Source of the DNA: Octopus vulgaris
Taxonomy: Eukaryota
Reading direction: 5' to 3'
DNA length: 64,000 nt
Assembly: GCA_951406725.2 (NCBI GenBank)
Contig: OX597822.1
Location: 18,600,001-18,664,000 of the forward strand
Within the stretch, counting starts at the first letter, position 1. Every line of letters starts with the position of its first letter. The notes under the pieces were generated by a model. The model searched no databases. It saw only the letters and a list, made by a program, of their open reading frames with translations, and was not told the origin of the DNA. Positions 54,444-64,000 of this stretch are shown in pieces. Position numbers and translations under genes: made by a program.

Positions 54444-55636
54444 AAGTTTAGACATGTCCATCGTCACTACAAGCCTGAATTTTATTACCCAACAGAACTG
54501 ATATGGTCTGATATTTAATAGTTGTTGAAAACATTTGATGTGTACAAATGGGGAATTAAAACCTTTCATGTAGGGACACAACATAAGCAGCCAAATGTTC
54601 CTGATTGTGATCAATAATAAAAAGATCACCATCAGATTCTCTGAGAGCAGATGTTGTATTTTCTTCATAATTAATCATTAAAAAGAAAAGAAGACGATAG
54701 AAATTTACAAAAAGGATTTTACAATTAAAGGTAAATGGAAATAACTTTAGGTGACACTTTATCACAAATTAGTGAATGAAGTTTCTCTTTAAAAACGTAT
54801 TTTTGTACATAATTGCAATTTAGTGGTTTAAGACCTCAAGCCTCTATGTATGAAAATATGTTTTCTTTAATAAGAGAAATATAATTTACAACCAAACGCT
54901 TAAAACTTGGTAATATTTTACATCAAAATATATTAAATACATAATATATATACAGGGTGTCCCAAAAGTCACTAATTGGTTTCAATTTTTAAAAACTTTC
55001 TTAACTTTAAAAAAAAATGCATGCAATTTTGGTACAATATAAAGGACATAATGGAAATTAATATGCACAAGTCAAATTTTGCAACACCACTACATAATAT
55101 ATAAAAAATGACATCACTTAAATGGCAACCATTTTTGGCTTCACACGCCCAGGCTCCTTCCAAAACTTGCACAACACCATCAAGAGTTTCAGACCCCAAT
55201 TCTCTGATATCTCTATTGATGTTCTCCTTCAGTTGCACCAGGGTCTCTGGTTTGTTAATGTAAGCCTTCTCTTTCAGGTATTCCCACAAGAAAAAATTTG
55301 GGCTAGGGAACTTCATTCACTAATTTGTGATAAAAAAGTTATTTCCATTTACCTTTAATTGTAAAATCCTTTTTGTAAATTTCTATCGTCTTCTTTTCTT
55401 TTTAATGATTAATTATGAAGAAAATACAACATCTGCTCTCAGAGAATCTGATGGTGATATTATTATTGATCACAATCAGGAACATTTGGCTGCTTATGTT
55501 ATGTCTCTACATCAAAGGTTTTAATTCCCCATTTGTACACATCAAATGTTTTCAACAACTATTAAATATCAGACCATATCAGTTCTGTTGGGTAATAAAA
55601 TTCAGGCTTGTAGTGACGATGGACATGTCTTAACTT
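54444..55636. repeat. ~330-bp inverted duplication (54444-54783 vs 55309-55636)
   Basis: Direct reverse-complement match; mirrored ORFs 54556-54765(-) and 55327-55524(+). Confidence 0.95.
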
Positions 55637-56744
55637 GGGGAACATGAAGGCCAGTTGACATTGCTGTAGTGGGAGATTATTCTGTCTCCAAGACACTGCC
55701 ATAGCAACTGCATTGTTTCTCTTGCAGTATGAGCAGTTACCCCATCTTACTGGAACCATGTGTGAGGTCTACTTTGAATGGCCTTCACGTTCCCCAAACT
55801 TGATTAGCCTGGATTTTTTCTTGTGGGGATACCAGAAAGAGAGGGTTTACATCAACAAACCAGAGACACTGGTGCAACTGTGTCAATAGAGAAATCAGAG
55901 AAGTGGGGTCTGAAACTCTTGATGGTGTTATGGTGCACGTTTTGGAAAGAGCATGGGTATCATCATCGCCATCATCGTTTAACATCCATTTTCCATGCTG
56001 GCATGGGTTGGACGGTTTGACTGACATCTAGAGAGACTGATCTGGCAATGTTTCTACAGCTAGATGCCCTTCCTAACGCCAACCACTCCAAGAGTGTAGT
56101 AGGTGCTTTTTACGTGCCACCGGCACAGGAGCTAGTCAGGTGGGCCTGGTACCGATCATGTTCAGATAGTTCTTTTTATATTCCACCAGCACGGGAGCCA
56201 GTCAGGGGACACTGGCATTGACCACAGATAATGCATTTTATGTGCCACCGAAATGGAAGCCAGTTGGGGGCACTGGCTACAGCTATGATTTTGGTTTTAC
56301 TTGACTCATTAGGTCTTCTCAAGCACATAAAATTGCCCAAGGATACTCTAAAATGGGCTGAACATATAACACTGGCATCGGTCATGACTACGATCTCACT
56401 TTAGTTGCCAGGTCTTCTCAGTCACTGCATATCTCCAAAGGTCTCGCTCTCCTGTCATTGACTTTGTGAGAGCCAGTGTTTGAAGGTCATGCTTCACCAT
56501 CTCATCCCATGTCTTCCTAGGTCTACCTCTTCCACAGGTTCCTTCCACAGTGTGTGAAGCCAGAAATGGCTGCCATTTAAGCAATGTCATTTTTCATGTA
56601 ATGTAGGGGTGTTATAAAATTCGACTGAGGCATATTAATTTCCATTATATCCCTTATATTGTATCAAAATTCCATGCATTTATTTGTGCAGTTAAGGAAG
56701 TTATTAGAAATTGAAACCCTCTCAGTGACTTTTGGGACACCCTG
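54953..56744. mobile_element. Fold-back Tc1/mariner derivative made of two inverted transposase 3' ends
   Basis: TA-flanked TIRs CAGGGTGTCCCAAAAGTCACT / AGTGACTTTTGGGACACCCTG. Minus arm: WFQ*DGVTAHTARET...NWPS...FFLWEYLKEKAYINKPETL. Plus arm: WPSRSPNL..LDFFLWGY.KERVYINKPETL. Confidence 0.85.
55959..56551 (-). mobile_element. RTE family B 3' end inserted into the Tc1 derivative
   Basis: VEGTCGRGRPRKTWDEMVKHDL, the family 3' UTR and an ATC tail; interrupts GCATGGGT|GTGTGAAGCC of the host element. Confidence 0.85.
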
Positions 56745-56981
56745 TACAAGTATGTGTATGTATGCACGAACACACACACATACACACACACACGCACATA
56801 TGTATATACATATCTATGTATGTGTATTTATATATATCTGGATTTATAAAAATATAATTGAAATATTACTCACAAACACAAACACATTATTTATATATTT
56901 AAAACTGGGAGTTAATGTATAAAAGCATATTTTAATGTGTAATTAAGATTTGGAGTTAAAACCATAATCCTAATTATAGAT

Positions 56982-57307
56982 CAGGCCTGGCCAACTCAAA
57001 TTACATTGGCAGCCACTTTAATCGCAGAAAGTTTTTTGAGGGCTGCTTGTATACTGACAGAATTGGAAGCATTTTGCTTTCTCGTACTATTATTACAATA
57101 ACGAATGAACGATCGTTGATTCAACATATTATCATTGCAAAAACAGTCATATCCTTCTGTTTTACTTTTCATTATAATCTTTAATTTTTGATAAAATTTT
57201 TTTAATGTTTGTTTAAATAAACCCATTTCAAGAAAGTATCAAGCAGACCACAAGATAAAAATCTGTGGGCCACATGTGGACCACAGGCTTCACGTTGGCC
57301 AGCCCTG
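56982..57307. mobile_element. hAT (Charlie-like) MITE
   Basis: TIRs CAGGCCTGGCCAAC / GTTGGCCAGCCCTG; perfect 8-bp TSD TTATAGAT (56974-56981 and 57308-57315). Confidence 0.9.
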
Positions 57308-60214
57308 TTATAGATAAACATTTAACAGGACATCATGAAAAGTGACCAAAATCTCTCTTAAAATAAATGCATATATTTTCTTATGTAAAATATTTTCCTT
57401 TTATTTTAAACTATTGCCTATATTGTACACATCGATGAATCTCTGTCTTTTGTAATATTACTGAGGCACCTCAGTTTTCTTGAATCTTGTGATTGCAAAA
57501 GGAACCTGGTCTATAGTAAATGGGTGAAGGCTTGGCTTTGTGGTTGAGAAGTTTGGCTTGATTCAAAACCATATTGCTTTCAAACTCAATCACAAATTGC
57601 AGGACCTTGGACAACCAGCCTCTGCTGTAGCCTTGCAGTCACCAATTTCTTTTTCAGTGGAATATAGGATGCAAAAACTATATAGATTTGTGTGCACACA
57701 CCCAAACAAAGGGATGCAACACAGTTTCCATTTATCAAATTAACTTATAAGGTATTAGTTAATCTAAGTTTATAGTAGAAGACACTTTCTAAAAGGGTGC
57801 CATTGGTGGTGGTGTTGAGGAAGATTTAGCTACTATTTCTAGATGATCCATCTTTGGCTTGTAGAACAATATTCTTCTTTAACTGTGATTTATTCTATGT
57901 TAGCAAAATGGTTGAACTCTGGACCTTTGATCACTTGTCCTGTACCTTCATTACACACTAAGCACACTTTTATTACTTCTTGCATAACAAATTTGTTTCT
58001 TTTCCAACATTAATAATATTTTTGTTGCAGTTTTTCATTTACCTTCTCGAAAAATTTTATGATTTTTACTTTCATTGTGATGTGGCATTTTATATTCATC
58101 AGCATCATTTTAGTTTGATCACAATGAATCACGTTCAGATTCTATCAGATTCATCATTGATATATCGTTTTACTATTTCATTATTTCAAATCATCTTAGC
58201 TTTATCATGATGTATCCTTTTAGCTTTATTATAGATACCATAAAGTATCAATAACGCATAATAGTCTACACTATTTATTATATATCATTTTATCCCTAAC
58301 CTTGTCTTTCCTTACAGCTGCTCTATAATATGTTCTTTTCCGCCATAGTTGCATAATTTCATCATGATATATTATTTCACCTTCTCCTTGATGTTAGATT
58401 TTTCATTTGCTAAGATTAAAAATTAAATATTACTTGTATTTCATGTCTATCATTAGGAAACTGTTATACAATGAAAATATATGTACTTTAACACATTACA
58501 CAAATGCTGGTATTTACCAAAACAACTGTCCACTATAGCTTGTTAAAAGCACTACTCACTTTTCTTTAGTAATGAGTTCTTATAACATCTTAGATACATC
58601 TTAGCCTGGAATGGTTTGTTGGTTTTCTTTTGAATGGCAGCACATTTTCACTAAACTATATCACTTGTATGATTTGAATTTCTCACTGCAAATAAAAAAC
58701 CACTCTTCTACTTATACTTACAACAAACTGCAAATGCTTACACCAAACTAATAATCATTATGTACAGTAACTCTAAGCAAAATGGAGTGGCTACACACAT
58801 ACACACACATGTGTGTGTGTGTGTGTGTGTGTGTATACATATATGTGTGTGTGTCCGTGTGTGTATAAATATATATATTGTAAAGTGGTTGTTCATTAGG
58901 AAGAGTATTCAGCTATAGACCCATGCCATATCAGACAGTGGAGCCTGGTGTGAGTCAAACTGCCCAACCCATGCCAGCATGGAAAATGGACATTAAGTGA
59001 TGATGATGATGGTATAAATATATACTTGTAGAGATACCCGCTATTGCTTGGGATTAAAATGGTGTAGTTTGTATATATATTACAGGTGTGTTGAAACAGG
59101 TGATATGGGTAAGTGCAGCATTGACAATAAAGCATTTGTGGAGTAAATAGTGGACTAATTCAAATGAGTGACATGTCATGTGTCAGTTTGGAGTATTCCA
59201 GACCCTAACTTGTCATGAAAAATTGGGGGTGGAGGGATGAGATATGATTCTTGAGACATACTGAAAAGTTGTCAGTGGATATACTCTCCTTTGCAGCGGT
59301 CAGCACAGCATCTCACATGACCCATCATATGGTTGACAGTCAAATGAATGTAGGTGTAATGGAGATATTGTACGGAAATGGGTATGTTCCGGAAAGGGGC
59401 TGCAATGGGAAGTGAGACTTGATGCCAGTTATGTTTTCCTTGTAACTCAACACTTGTAATGAAAACATGAGCCAGGGGGAAATTTGAGAGGGCTGACATT
59501 GTGGAAAAGCAGAAAGGGTTAAGCATAGTAGTCCTATGCATAACCCTTACCCTTACCGTAAATGGATACAACAGAGATAATGAGAGAATGAGAGGGAAAG
59601 GGATGGATATGTCTACTTAGTTGGCTTTGCTAACAGAGGAAAGAGAATCTACCATTCTCATTTTCGCATCCACCATTCCTTGTTCACACAGGTCAGGCAG
59701 AATTTGTTTAGGTGAATTTTCTTATAGGAAGTTGTCCTCTTGCCAAATCTCATCTGTTTCAAAGTTGAATAATATTTTCCCTTGACATGACATATTTTCA
59801 CAGGAGGCTGGAAATAAAATGGAACACTCTTTAAAACTCTCATGTAATGTCAAAGCAAGGAGTCAATAACACACACAGACACGCACACACCATTGGGTTA
59901 CTGTACTGACCAACTTGTCAGATGTTATTACACACCAATGGTCTCCCTGGGAGAAAGCACATTGTTTTAGCTGTTCAATGGAATACAGGCAGCTACCTAA
60001 GGGAGCAGGCCAACAGTGTCCCCGAATGGCATACTGGTAAATTGCAGTGCTACCCATTTACAGTTGAGTGAACAGGAGCAACGCAGAATGAAGTGTCTTG
60101 CACAAGAGCATAGCACATCTCTGGTCTGGAACCTAAAACCACAATCTTAGAATCATGAGTGTGACACTCTAACCATAAGGTCAGATGCTTTTACACACAT
60201 ATACACACCTACAA

Positions 60215-60285
<71 letters not shown>

Positions 60286-62241
60286 AGAGAGACAGACAGA
60301 CAGACAGATGGAGAGAAACAGAAAGCCCATTGTATCACCATCATCATCATCATCATTCAACCTCCATTTTCCATGCTGATGTGGGTTGGACTCTTTGACA
60401 GGAGCTGATAAGGCCAGGAGCGCCAGCAGGTTCCATTGTCTGTTTTGGCATGGTTATTATGGCTGGTTGCCCTTCCTAATGCCAACTACTTTACAGAGAG
60501 CACTGGTGCTTTTTTACATGGCACCAGCACCAGTGCTTTTTACATGGCACCAGGACTGGTAAGATATGCTTGCCCTTTGGTGCCATGTAGAAGGACTGAA
60601 CCTGAAACCATGTGGTTACCACATAGCCACACCTATATTTCATTCAATTATAGGCACATCTTTAAATTTGCAAACATATCTTCTCACTGCTTCTAATATA
60701 AAATATAGGGGAAGGATGGTCAAGCAAATTAGATATTGAACTACTTGCTCTTATGTCTTGGACTTCAAATTTTGCTGTCAGCATTTTGTTGGTTTGGACA
60801 AAGCCTTTTATTCTTCCTTTTTGCAGTCCACTAAGATGACCATTAAAGGCAGCAAAGCTCTTTGGAATATTACCTGTAATTAACAGGTGTACCAATCTAT
60901 ATCTAATTTGCTTAATGTCATGAAACCAGAGTTAATCACCAGTCTTCAAAGTCCCTTATTTTTCCTTCCTGACATTTGCCTCTCTTTCTATGCTGGGTCC
61001 ATTTTGTTTATATTTGAAGCAACCAAGATATTGCTCCAATCCATGAATCACTTCACCTGACATTAGAGGCTCATTAAGATTAACTGTGATCTGAAGCCCC
61101 CAACTGCTTTTCTGTCACAAAAAAGGCTGATGACAAGAAGGAGAATTTGATCTTGCAATGCAAAGAGCTACAACAAATATTTCAAGGCATCTTATCCAAT
61201 GTTCTAAGAGCTCTGCCAATCCACAACCCTGTACTGATATTTATGAAGCCCTGAATAAATAAAAAGTAAATTTAATCTTGGTTTAATTTGAACTTAGAGC
61301 ACAGAGAACTGCAGCAAATACTGCTGAGTATTGTCTTTAATATTTTAATAACTTCTATCAATGACCAGCTTCTTACAAGACATTTACTTGACATGGAGAT
61401 GGATTATAAAATGGGTCAATTTTTTTTCTGTTCAGAGGACACATTAATATAGTTGTATTTTTTAATTTCAGCAAATTTTCTTATTCATTTACCTTCATCT
61501 GTTTATGTTAAATAATTCTGCTTGTGCCTTTCCATCCATCCTGTTATTAAAACTTCAGTAAAAAGATCTAGTTAAAAGGAACTTATACAGGTGTTTAAAA
61601 TTTGTAGTAATTCTACCCTCATAGCCAGAAAAACATCATCACCTATAAAAATGCTAAAAAGATTGTTTTTTAAAGATGAAGGCAATACCCTTGGCGGTTT
61701 GTGTTTTAGACAGAATATTTCTTTATCGTTGCTGTCTAACTATCTGTGATAGAAAAAAATTCTTCCATGATTTACTAAGTAATATTTTATTGAATTTCAA
61801 ATGTAGCCACAGCCTTTTCCAATAGACAAGAAAAAGAAGCAAAGAGTAGTTATTAGGAGCCAGTTACAAACATGTGAATTGTATTACATTGGCCTATTGT
61901 CCATATCAATCACTGACACTTTACTAACAGATTCAGGTTGAAAATATTGCTGTGTAATGTCAGCAATCATTGACAGATGCCATAAAACATGTCTGTTGGG
62001 AAAACTGCAGGCATTACTGGAAAATTTTACTGAAAAGTAGACATTTGATTACAGAAACATCTGAAGAATGAAGAACTCTTGGAATGTTTTGTTTTCTCCT
62101 CCTTTTCTCTTCTTTTTTTAAAAAAAAAATCCACATTATGCACTACTAGCAATTGAATAATAGAAATGAAACCATCTGCAGCCATGCCATAGTTCTGGTG
62201 ATAATCGTTATAACCTGCTAAACTAATCAGCAGATGGAATA

Positions 62242-62281
62242 TCATCGTCTGGCAACAAAAACAATTACCATTGGTTCTTCT
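62242..62281 (-). CDS. Possible terminal coding exon of an unidentified minus-strand gene (xEEPMVIVFVARR*)
   Basis: Acceptor-like TTTAATTTCCTTTCAG, short open frame to TGA, non-repetitive downstream sequence with AATAAA at ~61790. No homology recognised. Confidence 0.2.
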
Positions 62282-62429
62282 CTGAAAGGAAATTAAACCA
62301 CTAACTTTAAAAAAGTACCAACACTACTGTCTCTTCTCTCACTCGACTACAACAGTTTCTGCTTTTCATAATGGAGTTAACGTTCTACAAGCTCACAATT
62401 AATATCTCTCTCTCTCTCCCTCTCAAAGT

Positions 62430-62722
62430 GTTAGTAAGTAGGAGAGAGCAGACAAATCACAAATCCCTTCAGGTAGATGACCCTGCTCAATCTGTAGGAA
62501 AGGCATTGGTGGTAGAAACTCCATAAGATGTATCCAGTGCAAGTTATGGACGCATAAGAGGTGCAGCAATATCAGAGGACGGTTACTTGGGAAAATAGCT
62601 TTTATTGTGTGGACGGTGCACAGGTATGATAAACATCAAAACTATACAGAAGATAGACTCCATCAGCTGCCAGGGGTATAAGCTAGAGGTAGTAGATAGC
62701 TTCTGTTACCTAGGTGACCCAA
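62430..62722 (+). mobile_element. RTE family B internal fragment covering the PHD finger
   Basis: GR*PCSICRKGIGGRNSIRCIQCKLWTHKRCSNIRG...KLEVVDSFCYLGDP. Confidence 0.8.
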
Positions 62723-64000
62723 GAGAGAGAGAGGTTCTACCTTAGTGCCATAAAATTTAATCCACATTTATTTGAAATTACATGTAAATTAACCCTTTTG
62801 CTTAAGATTCTACTACAGGAATGTAGAACCAATGAGAGGCCTCTACATAGTCACATGACTTGCTCAATACAAGTGGCTAATGTTTTTCCCCAGGTTCTGC
62901 TGTAGAAATGTGAAGCCAACACATTCACTGCATTCCTAGTAGACTTCCACTCATCTCAGTCAGCCTTGCTATTGATGCAGGAAGTCAGGGATGAGATAGT
63001 GAGGCTGGTCAGTTTATGCAATCTCCCCTCCTTGTAACACAAGATCATCTCAAGTCAGATCTCATCCCTCACACAACAAAATTCTACACCTCCTGAATTC
63101 TCAAGATGTTTCTCAAAGGCAGAGGGATGGTTCACATTTGCAGATACTGTTATAAAGAAAAGAAAACTTGGTTTGAATAATTCTTCAGTTTAACTTCCAC
63201 TTTAGCATGTTTGCATGAACCAGATGGAATTCATGGAAGCAAATTTATTCCTACGAATTTATTGAAACTTTATCATGATCATGATAATCTTCTTGTTAAA
63301 AGAGAAGACAAGAAAACCGAGAGTCATGCATTATGCTTATAAATAGGAAGAGTCAGACATAGTGCCTTTTAGTATTTGCCCCCAGTTTCTCTGGCCTTAG
63401 TTCAAATCCCGTTTAGGCCAACTTTATACGTCCTCATTTTGTGACAATAAAGTGCCATTCTACAGAAGTAGACTGGTAGATTTGTTCTGGTGGCAGAAGA
63501 GGTGTTTTGCAATGTTTATTGTGACTCTTTGCTTTCTGGGTTTAAATTCTGCCTCTGATCAGCAGCTTCCACCTGGTGGGAAATAAGTTCTTCAGAACTC
63601 TGAGATATGTGTTTCAAGCTAAGACATTTATGTCTCAATGGTTCAGTTCATCCTGACTGTCAGTAAAGAATGTAGAACAGCAGAAATTCATACTTCACTA
63701 CTGGTACCACTTGGCAATCACAAGGGTTTGGATTCAATCCCACCATATGGCATCTTGGGTTGATTTCTTTCACTATAAGCCTTGGATTGAGCCAAGTCTT
63801 GTGAATGAAATTGGGTCAATGGAAACAGTAAGGAAGCAGATCAAGTAGATTGTACTTGTGAGTTGAAAGGGTTGGTCAGCCATGTTAGTCTGTGTCACAA
63901 TGATTTTCCCCAAGAAATATCATAAGGGACACATGTCTATGGAATACTCAGCTACTTCCAATCAACTTCAATGAGAAGATCATTCTGTTAATTAAACATT

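Noticed and set aside
54746-54758. TTTAGGTGACACT, matching part of the SP6 phage promoter and absent from the inverted copy
   Set aside because: Only 13 bp, lacks ATAG, and there is no other vector sequence; most likely chance plus a small indel.
60662-60895. 77-aa minus-strand ORF in non-repetitive sequence
   Set aside because: No recognisable domain and ambiguous splice signals.

Overview
AT-rich, microsatellite-dense eukaryotic DNA. The repeat families and composition suggest a coleoid cephalopod, probably Octopus (inference). Only one host exon is recognisable: a 70-nt + strand exon of THUMPD3 (tRNA m2G methyltransferase; LCKIQDGDVVCDPMCGSGAIPIQ). The rest appears to be intronic and is mostly decayed transposable elements. 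These include a near full-length RTE LINE ending in three C2H2 fingers and several copies of a second RTE family with a PHD finger in ORF2 and a tandemly repeated structured 3' UTR. There are also a deleted Gypsy element with a 5-bp TSD, Tc1/mariner, hAT, Helitron-like, R4/Dong and Penelope remnants, and many tRNA-derived SINEs. The most interesting signals are hammerhead-ribozyme motifs in short elements within (TA)n tracts and several local inverted templated duplications with microhomology junctions. A ~550-bp palindromic element and a repeated compact pseudoknot-like motif in the RTE 3' UTR also stand out. All calls were made by eye, and element boundaries are approximate unless a TSD or TIR is given.
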